A stretch of 63,989 nucleotides of DNA, the filler included. It is 7 parts of 7 records of this genome, joined end to end, with 100 filler letters (N's around TTAATTAATTAA, not from the genome) between each part and the next. Parts side by side here need not be neighbours in the genome. Positions count along the whole stretch, not along the records: positions 47,919 to 58,727 come from SRR31147125_10835; positions 58,828 to 63,989 come from SRR31147125_11025; 5 more parts are not named here. One strand, 5' to 3'. Below are positions 50,036-59,473 of the stretch, in pieces. The position numbers and the translations under genes were made by a program. The notes beneath the pieces are model-generated. The model saw only the letters and a program-made list of their open reading frames with translations, had not been told where the DNA came from and made no database searches. The stretch's first letter is position 1, and each line of letters starts with the position of its first letter.

Positions 50036-50574
50036 TTATCGAACGAGTTCCTGTAAATACTTTTTCCCCTCTTCCCATGGTCCGTATCCGGCTTCATCAT
50101 TAATATGCCCTGCATCGCCAATGTTAATAAATCTGCAACCCCATCGGTCTGCCAGGATTTCGGAGTTTTTTGTATTCGTGTAAGGGTCACTGTTGCTAGA
50201 TATTACAATAGCTGGAAAAGGTAATGCTTTATATGTAACTGGCAAAAATGTTTTAGCTAATTTTATAAGTTCTGGTTCTTCAGATGCTTCGAGGTCAGCT
50301 GGTGCAACTAATAATGCTCCTTTGATACTGTTTTTGTTGTTTTTTGCCCATTCAACAGCTGTGTTGCATCCAAGGCTATGTGCTATTAATATCTTTTCAC
50401 CATCAATATTTTTGATAGTTTCATTAAGTGAATTAACCCAGTCAGAACAGATAGGGTTTAGCCAATCTTTTTGGTTAACTCGTACTGTGTTTGGTAGACT
50501 TTTTCCCAATATGTCTGCCAATGTTTTGGACCGGAATTGTCATAACCTGGAATAATGATATGTTTATAATCCAC
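50036..50574 (-). CDS. RBBP9/YdeN alpha/beta hydrolase (5' frameshift)
   Basis: IIPGYDNSGPKHWQ, AHSLGC, LLVAP, SDPY and GHIN motifs. Confidence 0.88.
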
Positions 50575-50713
50575 CGAGAACCTCTTTTTAGAAAGATTAC
50601 TTTTTGTGGTCTATATTTGCAAGCATATTAGAGTTTGGTTTGGGTGTGAAGCAGCTTTACTTAGTTTTCCTTCTGTTATATAGAAATGAATAAGAACTTG
50701 ATGGAGAAATTGA

Positions 50714-51508
50714 GTGAATAAAAAAATCAACATATGGACTGATATGGCTGAGCTTGTTGAGAACCAGCTCAATCTTCAAGTTAAAATGCAGTTCGATTTT
50801 CATCACCAGTTTATGCTGAATAATGGTTTGAGTGAATGCCAAAGCGTTATGGATGTTGGGACTGGTAATGGAGCTTTTCTCTCTGAGTTGTCTAAGGCTC
50901 ATCCAAATATCTCTTTTGTTGGTGTTGATGATAAAGAGCATATGGTTGATAGGGCTTCGAGGTTTGAGAGTGGAAATATCAGTTGTCAGGTTGGGGATGT
51001 TTACGATCCAAAAGCAATTCAAAATATTGATCAGGTAGATGGTTTGCTGATGCGCTATGTTCTTCTTCATATAGATGATGCATCGAGTGTGGTTAGAAAC
51101 CTGTACGAGGTCATAAAGCCTGGTGCAAAGTTGTGGATTATAGATCTAGATTTGGAACATTATGAGTGTAGACCTCAAAATGAAGCTTTTGATTTGATAA
51201 AGGGTCTCCTAAAGAAGTTTTGCGGTGCCCATGGTAAGGACTGCAATATAGGGAGCAAGTTGGTTGGGTTGTTGGAGAATGCAGGCTTTAAGTCAATTGA
51301 ACAAGAGTTTGAACCTCTGGATACTGATCATGTTGATATGAATATGTTGCAGCAATTCATCAGGCAAGAAGTGGTTGCCTATCAGGCAGTTATGCAAAAT
51401 ATTTTATCAGATAAAGAGTTTGATAAAATAATGAACTTTATCGACGATCTCTCAAAATCAAACACATATCTCAACTATGGTGTGACATTGGTTTCAGCGT
51501 TAAAATAG
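50714..51508 (+). CDS. Class I SAM-dependent methyltransferase
   Basis: VMDVGTGNG, RYVLLHI and IKPG motifs. Confidence 0.88.
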   Translation: MNKKINIWTDMAELVENQLNLQVKMQFDFHHQFMLNNGLSECQSVMDVGTGNGAFLSELSKAHPNISFVGVDDKEHMVDRASRFESGNISCQVGDVYDPKAIQNIDQVDGLLMRYVLLHIDDASSVVRNLYEVIKPGAKLWIIDLDLEHYECRPQNEAFDLIKGLLKKFCGAHGKDCNIGSKLVGLLENAGFKSIEQEFEPLDTDHVDMNMLQQFIRQEVVAYQAVMQNILSDKEFDKIMNFIDDLSKSNTYLNYGVTLVSALK

Positions 51509-51558
51509 TAACACTCTGATAAAATTAATGAATTTTAGGGCAACTTGAGCAGTGCTTA

Positions 51559-52629
51559 ATGACGATAATAGAACATATGGTTAAAGGTATATCTACAGAT
51601 TTGCCTAAGTCAGATGTTGCACCCACAAGATATGGGTGCGATGAGCTTGCTAAGGCTGTAATTGGTGATTCGAGGGTGGATCTGGATGGCCATACTGAGC
51701 AAGTGAAAGAGTGTGTGACTAAATATTGGAATCCAGATGATATTGATGGTTTTAGGTTGTTCACTCAAGAATATATCCTGTTTGAGAAGAAGTATTATGA
51801 AGGAGAGTTGAAAGGCCCTGAATCAGCAGAACTTGCTACAGATGATGTTAATGTTTTTTCAACCTATTACTATTTACATGATCAGTTGTCCAATCCGAAA
51901 CCTGGAACTAAATATTTAGCAGAAAAAATACAAGATCTAGATAGTGGTAAGGAGATTAGAGTCTATTTAGATCCTGTTGATGATTTGGGAATAGCTGATG
52001 CTTCAGTGAGTCTGAGAGATGGCGTTGTTCATCTGTATGATACAATGGGAATCGGAAGGGCTTATAAAGGTACTGTTGGTAGAATGGAAGGTTTGACAAG
52101 AAGTTATTACGATCCCTCTACATTTAATCATGAGCTTGGTCATAGGTTGATGTATCTTGTTTATGGGGAAGATTTTCCATTTTATAAAGGCGTGGGTCAC
52201 GATTTACGGGAGGTGGATTTTGCCGAGCAGAGATCTTCTGAGGGTGCTGCCTGGAGTGAAGGCTTCGCTCATGTTGCGGGAGCCCTCGATGGCGTGTCAC
52301 ATCATGCTTCTCAGAGCGATTTTTTTGGCAGTGAATGGAGAGAAGCCTCTACCAGCGAAAAACTTTCTAATGAATGGGCTGTATCAGCTGTGTTGTATGA
52401 TTTTATTGAAAGAAAAGGGCCAGATGGCTGCTATTCAGCTGATTTGACAGCTTTTAAAAAAGTAGTTGGTGTTATGCAGGAGACAAGAACGCACCAGTCG
52501 TTTGCAGAATTCATTGTTGATTATTGTAAAAAGTATCCAGATGAGAGAGCAAGATTTGAGAGAGTTCTAAAGCATATAAGTTTTACAGACCAAGATATTG
52601 AAGCAATCTTTAAAACACCACCAAAATAG
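51559..52629 (+). CDS. Uncharacterised Zn-metalloprotease-like protein
   Basis: NHELGH...AWSEGFA; no signal peptide is evident. Confidence 0.6.
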   Translation: MTIIEHMVKGISTDLPKSDVAPTRYGCDELAKAVIGDSRVDLDGHTEQVKECVTKYWNPDDIDGFRLFTQEYILFEKKYYEGELKGPESAELATDDVNVFSTYYYLHDQLSNPKPGTKYLAEKIQDLDSGKEIRVYLDPVDDLGIADASVSLRDGVVHLYDTMGIGRAYKGTVGRMEGLTRSYYDPSTFNHELGHRLMYLVYGEDFPFYKGVGHDLREVDFAEQRSSEGAAWSEGFAHVAGALDGVSHHASQSDFFGSEWREASTSEKLSNEWAVSAVLYDFIERKGPDGCYSADLTAFKKVVGVMQETRTHQSFAEFIVDYCKKYPDERARFERVLKHISFTDQDIEAIFKTPPK

Positions 52630-52669
52630 CCTGTTTGCTCCTTCCAAAAATTTATGCTAAAAAGCAGGG

Positions 52670-53500
52670 ATGATCGTTAAGAAAAAAACTCTTTTTTCTC
52701 TGATCGTTTTTGCGGTTTTGGGTTATATCTTTCTTATGGTTCTCTTGACTCTTCTTCAGTCGAGGTTGATCTACTTTCCTTCAAAGGTTGTTCAGTATAC
52801 TCCAAGCACTATTGGTCTCGATTTTACAAATGTTCAAATTTCAACGGATGATGGAGAAAAACTCACTGGTTGGTATATTCCATCCAGAGATTCAAAAGGC
52901 GTTGTCCTTTTTCTGCACGGAAATGCTGGCAATATTGGCAATCGACTTGATTCAATTCGAATTTTTAATCAACTTGGATTAGATGTCTTCATCTTTGATT
53001 ACCGGGGGTACGGAGATAGTAGTGGTAAGCCGAGCGAAGAGGGGACATGTAAAGATGCTGAAGCTGCGTGGAATTATCTGGTTGATAAAAGGGGAGTCTC
53101 TCGCGAAAAGATTGTATTGTTTGGTCGATCGCTTGGCGGTGCACTTGCTGTAAAACTTGCAGAAGATCATCGCCCCGCAGCGGTAATTGTAGAATCGACG
53201 TTTACTTCAATTCCAGATCTAGTTTCAGATATTTATCCCTTCCTGCCGGCTAGAAGGTTGGTTCGTTTTAAATACAATGCAGTAGAAGCAGTTCGAAATA
53301 TTCACGTTCCCCTTTTAGTGGTTCATAGTAGAGATGATGAAATCATTTCTTTCAAACATGGAGAGAAGATTTTTAAAGAAGCCCCTGAACCAAAAGAGAT
53401 GCTAGAAATAAAAGGCTCACATAACGAAGGATTTATTATAACCGGTAAAGACTATATCTTAGGAATTAATGATTTCTTGAAAAAATATTCGGGATTATAA
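52670..53500 (+). CDS. Alpha/beta hydrolase (ABHD13/BEM46-like)
   Basis: FLHGNAGN, DYRGYG, GRSLGG, DEII and GSHN motifs. Confidence 0.92.
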   Translation: MIVKKKTLFSLIVFAVLGYIFLMVLLTLLQSRLIYFPSKVVQYTPSTIGLDFTNVQISTDDGEKLTGWYIPSRDSKGVVLFLHGNAGNIGNRLDSIRIFNQLGLDVFIFDYRGYGDSSGKPSEEGTCKDAEAAWNYLVDKRGVSREKIVLFGRSLGGALAVKLAEDHRPAAVIVESTFTSIPDLVSDIYPFLPARRLVRFKYNAVEAVRNIHVPLLVVHSRDDEIISFKHGEKIFKEAPEPKEMLEIKGSHNEGFIITGKDYILGINDFLKKYSGL

Positions 53501-53525
53501 AAGATGAGTGACAGAGCCCATTTAC

Positions 53526-53559
53526 TGTCATTGCGAGGAGCGGAGCGACGTGGCAATCC
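53526..53559. repeat. REP-like GTCATTGCGAG...GCAATC repeat
   Basis: TGTCATTGCGAGGAGCGGAGCGACGTGGCAATCC. A second partial copy lies at 58702-58727. Confidence 0.65.
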
Positions 53560-53599
53560 AGTTCCGGGTAAGAGACCTCGGATGTAAGTTCAAGGATAT

Positions 53600-54094
53600 T
53601 TACTTTGTTTTTGCATATAGATAAGCGTCTTCGTATTTATCTTGATTGAGAATTGCCTTAGATAGTTTTCCCTCTCGTTTATATTTATTTTTTATAGCTA
53701 CCTGTTCGCTGGCCTTATTTTTTTGCATCATTATGATTTCGAGTCTTTTAAGTTTGAGTTCGTTGAATGCAATTTTTTCAAGAAGTTTTACGGCTTTTGA
53801 AGTGATGCCTTTTGCCCAATAGGGCTCATCAATAAAATAACCTATTTCACCAGTGTGAGACCTTGTCTGATTTATTCTAATTCCACATGCGCCAATAAGC
53901 TTGTTGCCCAAAACTATTGCGTAGTTGTGTTCAACATTCTTTTTTCTCTTTTCAATATTTTTTCTAAGAAATTCTTTTTCTTCTTCAATCGATTTTGGTT
54001 TTGCCTGGAAGTAGATAAAGTTTGGATTACTCAAGATTTCAAAAAATCTCTTAGCGTCAGACACTCGCTGATAACGAAGCTCTATCTTTTTCAT
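53600..54094 (-). CDS. GNAT N-acetyltransferase (RimJ/RimL type)
   Basis: GEIGY...YWAKGI and N.ASEQVA motifs. Confidence 0.88.
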   Translation of the reverse strand: MKKIELRYQRVSDAKRFFEILSNPNFIYFQAKPKSIEEEKEFLRKNIEKRKKNVEHNYAIVLGNKLIGACGIRINQTRSHTGEIGYFIDEPYWAKGITSKAVKLLEKIAFNELKLKRLEIIMMQKNKASEQVAIKNKYKREGKLSKAILNQDKYEDAYLYAKTK

Positions 54095-54115
54095 ATGCTA
54101 TCAATAGATAAAGGA

Positions 54116-54694
54116 TTAAGGGCCTGTAAAGGTGCCGGTAAATGAAGCAGAATCTATATCGCTTGCATCAATTGCCGTTACTATGGATGAGGGGTCAAGC
54201 GGATTAAAGCCAGAAACTGTCTCGAGGTCGGCAACATTTAGAGCCCACACTTTGAATTCATATGTGTGGTTCTCACCCGTTGGAGGACAAGGTCCGTCAT
54301 AGCCTGTTCCACCATAATCGTTTAATGCATTTGTTGCTCCAGCTGGAGCTGCAGCTGCGCGATCAAGCGAAGTTACAGTTGTTGGAATGTTGTAGAGTAT
54401 CCAGTGAACAAAGTTACTTGCGCTTGAATCTAGGCACGTAATGACTAAACTCAAGGCGGCATCCGGTACATTGGTCCATGAAAGCTGAGGTGATTCATTA
54501 CTTCCGGTACATCCCGATGCATTGTATATATATGTGGCACCAATAGTGCTGCCCGACGTCACATCGCTACTCGTGAGTGTCATTGTAGTCGCTGGTGTGC
54601 CACCTCCAGAACTACCGCCGCAGCTAATGATTTGACTTGTTAGTGCTCCTGTTAGAAAAAAGGCAAGTAGGTAGATTAAAGCAGTTTTCTTCAT
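54116..54694 (-). CDS. YbhB/YbcL (PEBP family) lipoprotein
   Basis: NESPQLSW, FVHWILYNIP, GYDGPCPP and HTYEF motifs. Confidence 0.9.
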   Translation of the reverse strand: MKKTALIYLLAFFLTGALTSQIISCGGSSGGGTPATTMTLTSSDVTSGSTIGATYIYNASGCTGSNESPQLSWTNVPDAALSLVITCLDSSASNFVHWILYNIPTTVTSLDRAAAAPAGATNALNDYGGTGYDGPCPPTGENHTYEFKVWALNVADLETVSGFNPLDPSSIVTAIDASDIDSASFTGTFTGP

Positions 54695-54849
54695 AATCCC
54701 CCCTGGTTAGAATTTGGAGGCAGTCTATATGAAATCAATCGGTCTTGCAATCTATAGATTGGGGGCCTTCAGTTTTCAAGTTTTGGGACCCGTTAATTAA
54801 ATATTGCCAATCAAATATCTAAAGTGTTAGGTAGTTTGCTTGTCAACAA

Positions 54850-54921
54850 GCCCCCTTAGCTCAATGGATAGAGCGTAGGTCTCCGGAACCTGAGATGGCG
54901 GTTCGATTCTGCCAGGGGGTA
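54850..54921 (+). tRNA. tRNA-Arg(CCG)
   Basis: GCCCCCT acceptor, D arm GCTCAATGGATAGAGC, anticodon loop CTCCGGA and T loop TTCGATT. CCA is not encoded. Confidence 0.93.
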
Positions 54922-54936
54922 CAAAAAGGGGGATTT

Positions 54937-55554
54937 ATGGAAACTTATGAAGCGATCTGTTCGAGAAGAACAATTAGAGAATTCAAAAACAGGCCAGTCC
55001 CATATGAATTGCTTGAAAAATTCGTGAATGCAGGGCGTCTTGCACCACAGGCTGCAAATAGACAACCGCTGGAATTTGTAATTGTAGATGACGAAGAGCT
55101 CTCAAAATTCTTTTCTAATAATACAAAGCTTGCAGGTTATATGGATTGGGAGCCCTCGGTTGAAAAGAGAGCGCCAGCTTATATAGTTGTTCTTGCTAAT
55201 AAAGAGATACAAAAACCAGCGTGGATTCATTATGATGCTGCGCTTGCATCAGAAAACATCTCTCTCGCTGCCTGGGACCAAGGTGTGGGCTCTTGCTTGA
55301 TAGGTGCTTTTAATAAACCTAGAGTAATGGATATTCTCGGTATCCCTGAAAAATATGAAATAACTCTTCTGGTTGCCTTGGGTTATCCTGATCATAAGTC
55401 TGTTGAAGAAAAAATCGAAGGTGATGATATAAAATATTGGAGAGATAAAGATGGGACCTTTCATGTTCCAAAAGACAGATGGGAAAAATCACACACCACA
55501 ATAAATTCTAAAAAACCGTTGTCAACCCCAGGGGTTGGTAAGTGGTTGGTTTAA
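54937..55554 (+). CDS. Nitroreductase family protein
   Basis: RRTIREF, AP.AANRQP, GVGSCLIG and VALGYP motifs. The C-terminus is probably frameshifted (true stop ~55510). Confidence 0.88.
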   Translation: METYEAICSRRTIREFKNRPVPYELLEKFVNAGRLAPQAANRQPLEFVIVDDEELSKFFSNNTKLAGYMDWEPSVEKRAPAYIVVLANKEIQKPAWIHYDAALASENISLAAWDQGVGSCLIGAFNKPRVMDILGIPEKYEITLLVALGYPDHKSVEEKIEGDDIKYWRDKDGTFHVPKDRWEKSHTTINSKKPLSTPGVGKWLV

Positions 55555-55558
55555 TATA

Positions 55559-55594
55559 AAAAAGGCGCGCTCTTTTAAAAGAACGCGCCTTTTG
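55559..55594. terminator. Bidirectional terminator
   Basis: AAAAGGCGCG...CGCGCCTTTT between convergent genes. Confidence 0.7.
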
Positions 55595-55615
55595 ATTTTA
55601 TTTGTCCTTACCCTT

Positions 55616-56899
55616 TCAGGCTGCTTCAGCCTCTGCATTTTTCACTGCGTGTGAGTTGTGCTGAGGGGCTTTAACTGCTGAGATAATTCCAGCGGCAACT
55701 AAACAGCCAACACCACAGATTGTGAAAGCAAGTGGGAAGTTGTTCATGTCACCAAGTTTTCCACCAAGTATTGGACCAACGATTCCGCCAACACCATAAG
55801 CTAAGAAAACCCAACCATAGTTTTGACCAACTGATTTTGTTCCAAATGTATCAGCTGTTATGTATGGGAATAATGCAAAGTTTCCACCAAAGTTAAAACC
55901 AATTAAGGTTGCGCCCAAGAAGAGAAGCCCTGGTGTTCCTGCCATCCATTGGAAGAGGATAACCATGACACCCTGAGTTGCCATCATTAAAGTAAGGGAA
56001 GCTTTACGTCCGAGTTTGTCACTGATAGCGCCCCATGCAATTCTTCCGATACCATTAGCAAGTGAGAAGAAAATGGCCATTGCTGTTCCGGCTGCAGCAC
56101 TTGCTGCTGTTTCACTTAAGCCTGAGGCCATTAGAGCTTGCATTGGAAATAGTTTCATAAGGCCAATACTCATGAGTCCGGCACCAGCACCGATAGCAAA
56201 TGTTAAAAGAATCATATAGTATTGTGGTGTGCGAAGCATTTCATTGCTTTTGAATTCTACTGAACCAGCGAGTACTTTTCCTGCTGTTGCTTCAGGGGCC
56301 TTATAGCCAGCTGGCTGCCAGCCTTCTTTTGGGAAGACCATTGTCATTCCACCTAAGAAAACTGCAACAAAGAAAATAACACCATAAAGTGTGAATGTTC
56401 CGCTTAATCCTAGAACGTCTGGGTTTAAAAGGTGGCCCCAAGAACCGGCAAGCTTGACCCAAAGAGTTGCACCAAAACCAAAACCAGCAACTGCGAGACC
56501 TGTGATGAGTCCTTTTTTGTCAGGATACCAACGCATTCCAACAGCAATAGGAACAACATAAGCAAGACCGATACCGCTTCCACCAACTACTCCAACGAAG
56601 AAGAAGATTGACCAGAAGCTTGTTCCACCAAGAAGACCTGCTAAGATGTAACCAATACCGAGAACCGTTCCGCCTGTTATAGCAAGTTTGCGTGGTCCCC
56701 ATTTTGGCATTAAGCGGCCAGCGATAACCATTACGATTGCGAAGAAGGCAAGGCCTGCTGCAAAGACTGCTTGAGTTTCAGTTTTTGTCCAGCCAACTTC
56801 AACTAATGGTTTTGTGAAGACTGACCAGGCATAGATTGCGCCCAAGGATAGCTGTATGAGGATTGCTCCCACAACTACTAACCAACGATTCTTTTCCAT
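55616..56899 (-). CDS. MFS transporter, oxalate/formate antiporter (OFA) family
   Basis: LGAIYAWSVF, WYPDKKGL.TGLAVAGFG and NGIGRI.WG..SDK.GR motifs. Confidence 0.9.
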   Translation of the reverse strand: MEKNRWLVVVGAILIQLSLGAIYAWSVFTKPLVEVGWTKTETQAVFAAGLAFFAIVMVIAGRLMPKWGPRKLAITGGTVLGIGYILAGLLGGTSFWSIFFFVGVVGGSGIGLAYVVPIAVGMRWYPDKKGLITGLAVAGFGFGATLWVKLAGSWGHLLNPDVLGLSGTFTLYGVIFFVAVFLGGMTMVFPKEGWQPAGYKAPEATAGKVLAGSVEFKSNEMLRTPQYYMILLTFAIGAGAGLMSIGLMKLFPMQALMASGLSETAASAAAGTAMAIFFSLANGIGRIAWGAISDKLGRKASLTLMMATQGVMVILFQWMAGTPGLLFLGATLIGFNFGGNFALFPYITADTFGTKSVGQNYGWVFLAYGVGGIVGPILGGKLGDMNNFPLAFTICGVGCLVAAGIISAVKAPQHNSHAVKNAEAEAA

Positions 56900-57026
56900 T
56901 TTTCCTCCTAAATAGAGATTGTTTTTTTGTAAAAAGTTGGTGCGGGACTATCATGTAAGGTTCCCAAAGTCAAGGAGTCGAAAGTTGTTTCGAAAGCGAA
57001 GTTTTTTGCAAAAAAAAGTAAGATCT

Positions 57027-57638
57027 CTAACTATTATAAGCCTTTGCAAGCTCTGTGTTTACCTTTACAACGCCCGAGTTTAATTTAGCATAGGGATAAT
57101 CTTCTGTTATCTCTGGTAGGTTGTCCGCTTCTGACTGACTGCTTATTATTTTTCCTGCGGGGATATGTCTCTTTTCTGGGATTGTTACTCCAATTGCTTT
57201 TGCACCTGGTTCCAAAACGCAGGCTTTACCGATAACGCTTTTAAAGACAAAACATTGCATTCCAATAAATGAATCGTCTTCGACAATTGATGGCCCATGA
57301 ACTTGTGCTTGATGAGCGAGCGAAACCCTTTTGCCTATATATATAGAATATTTTTTACCATCCCTCTCAATCAAGTTTTTCTCAATTGGTTCGCCATTGT
57401 CATGAAAAGTTTCGAGAGCATGGAGGATGACACCATCTTGAATATTTGAATTATCACCTATGAAAAAAGGAGAACCTTCATCAGCTCGGACAGAAGCAAA
57501 GGGCGCAACAAAGACATTTTCGGACAAAGTGACATCTCCACAAACAAAAGCCTGTTCATGAACATGTGCCGTAGAATCAATTTTTGGCGAAACAGATTCT
57601 TTTAAATGAGTTGCTGATGGATTTTTTGAAATAGCCAT
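57027..57638 (-). CDS. Gamma-class carbonic anhydrase (Cam/CcmM-N type)
   Basis: SVRADEG.PFFIG..SNIQDGVILHALE and SLAHQAQVHGP motifs. Confidence 0.88.
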   Translation of the reverse strand: MAISKNPSATHLKESVSPKIDSTAHVHEQAFVCGDVTLSENVFVAPFASVRADEGSPFFIGDNSNIQDGVILHALETFHDNGEPIEKNLIERDGKKYSIYIGKRVSLAHQAQVHGPSIVEDDSFIGMQCFVFKSVIGKACVLEPGAKAIGVTIPEKRHIPAGKIISSQSEADNLPEITEDYPYAKLNSGVVKVNTELAKAYNS

Positions 57639-57676
57639 AAATAATCTCCTTTTTACATAGTGCAAAACCAATAGTC

Positions 57677-57731
57677 TTCGAGGGAGTGAAGTGAGTCGAG
57701 AAGCGGATTATGGTTCTCGACTATGCTCGAA
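57677..57731. repeat. REP-like palindrome
   Basis: TTCGAG...AGTCGAGAA / TTCTCGACT...CTCGAA. Confidence 0.55.
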
Positions 57732-57808
57732 CAGTATTTTTTATATATTAGGATATTCATCTTTTTTCAATCTGGATATTTTTTTATCTTTTTGTTAGAT
57801 GTTGGTTT

Positions 57809-58644
57809 ATGGGAAAGGTCAAAATTGGTTTAGCTTTGGGGAGTGGTGCAGCGAAGGGTTTTGCTCATATTGGGGTTCTTCAGGCTTTAGAAGAGAACGA
57901 TATTAATATAGACGTTATAGCCGGCAGTAGTATGGGGTCTGTTATTGGGGGTCTTTATAGTGCTGGTCTTACTGTTAAGCAAATAGTTGATTTTGCTGCA
58001 TATTTTGGTAAAAGAAAACTACCTTTTTGGATGGACCCATCTTTTTTTAGGGGAGGGGGCTGCTAAAAGGAAGTAAGATTGAAGATGCATTGAAAGATTT
58101 GACTGGACCTTTGACCTTTAATGAACTCAAAATTCCCTTCTTTGCTGTCGCGACCGATCTTGTTTCTGGAAAAGAGGTTGTAATATCTGAAGGAGATTTT
58201 CATAAAGCTGTTCGTTCAAGTATTTCCATTCCAGGTGTCTTTTCTCCAGTTAGCTCCGAAAAACATTGGCTGGTAGATGGGGCAGTTGTTACTCCAATTC
58301 CAACACAAATTCTTAAGGATGAAGGTTGCTCTATTATAATAGGTGTAGATGTTGGAAAGTTGGGTGAATATGAAGAGGCGATGATAACCTTGGAAGATTC
58401 TCCATCTATATTAGATGTCTTGATGCAGACATTATCGATTTCTCAACAATCTCTCTCTGTTTCATGTATGAAGCTTGCTGATATTAAAATAGAACCCGAT
58501 GTTTCAAAGTATAAATGGACAGATTTTTCACATGTAGATGGTTTGATTGAAAAGGGTTATCAGGCAACAGTGGAACAGATGCCTCATATTAAGAAGTTGT
58601 TCTCAAGAAAAAGTGGAATATTTGGAAGGTTGTTTTCTAAATAG
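57809..58644 (+). CDS. Patatin-like phospholipase (frameshift in G-run ~58055)
   Basis: LGSGAAKGFAHIG, GSSMG, ATDL, SIPGVF and DG motifs. Confidence 0.88.
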
Positions 58645-58727
58645 TATCGTTATGTTTGGTACCCCTGTTTTCTGTTTAGGTTGAAAAAGTATACAAGTTT
58701 TTGTCATTGCGAACCCTTTAGGGTGAA

Positions 58728-58827
58728 NNNNNNNNNNNNNNNNNNNNNNNNNNNNNNNNNNNNNNNNNNNNTTAATTAATTAANNNNNNNNNNNNNNNNN
58801 NNNNNNNNNNNNNNNNNNNNNNNNNNN
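58728..58827. other. Artificial contig linker
   Basis: N-run/TTAATTAATTAA/N-run. Confidence 0.97.
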
Positions 58828-59379
58828 CAGCTCCGTTACTAAACCCGCCCTTTCAAAGGCCCGATGAATCCGACGTTTGGCTTCATTGGCCCTCAAAAGG
58901 AATATATCTTCTCTACATTTCATGAACCGGTTAAATGCCGCCAGAGCCACATGATCGACAATACGATCAAATGTGTCATCTACGATAACATCCGGCAGGG
59001 ATTTAACGATGGATTTCAACTCAAAAACAAAGGAGAGTGCCTGGGATGCGGAAAAGCTTTGCACTGCACGAATTCGGATAACGGCATCCAAGGCCTTTTC
59101 AACGGCATCCTCATCAATCTTGATAGTGGCGCTATGCCGATCGGAGGGATCGGAAACTTTTTTTGATGATGGGATGGGATCCTCCGAACAGAATGTCCGG
59201 ATCAGCGTCAGGGTCTCTTCGAGGCTTTGACGGGTCGCACTACCGACAGGATTATCGAACCGATTACTGGATTTTGCCAAAATGCGAGCCGTTTCTTCGG
59301 GATAGGAATGAATTGTTGTTTCGAACCATCGGCTCAAAATGATTTCTCTATGCTGCTCCAGTGCGTTACTCAATTTCAT
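58828..59379 (-). CDS. RsbRD N-terminal domain protein (3' truncated)
   Basis: WF..TI.SYP, F.NPVG, IRIRAVQSF.ASQA..F.FELK and AF..FM.CRE motifs. Confidence 0.8.
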
Positions 59380-59473
59380 TGGTCTGCGTGAACCTCTTTA
59401 ACCCTCAAATCATGCTGTAAAAAAAATAACTCATACGATCCATTAACTTAAGCGATATAACCATACTGCCGTT

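Noticed and set aside
54856-55065. Minus-strand ORF ending YPLAESNRHLRFRRPTLYPLS, and the 5' extension of the nitroreductase
   Set aside because: These are translations across tRNA-Arg.
57027-57638. Carboxysome CcmM
   Set aside because: It lacks RbcS-like repeats, and there are no shell or RuBisCO genes nearby.
2850-58066. Many frameshifted genes (TPR, DUF2339, Smr, response regulator, purC, dus, YdeN, nitroreductase, patatin, CIA30) as pseudogenes or programmed frameshifts
   Set aside because: Most breaks fall in or near homopolymer runs, occur in several unrelated contigs and affect conserved housekeeping genes, so sequencing indels are the simplest explanation.
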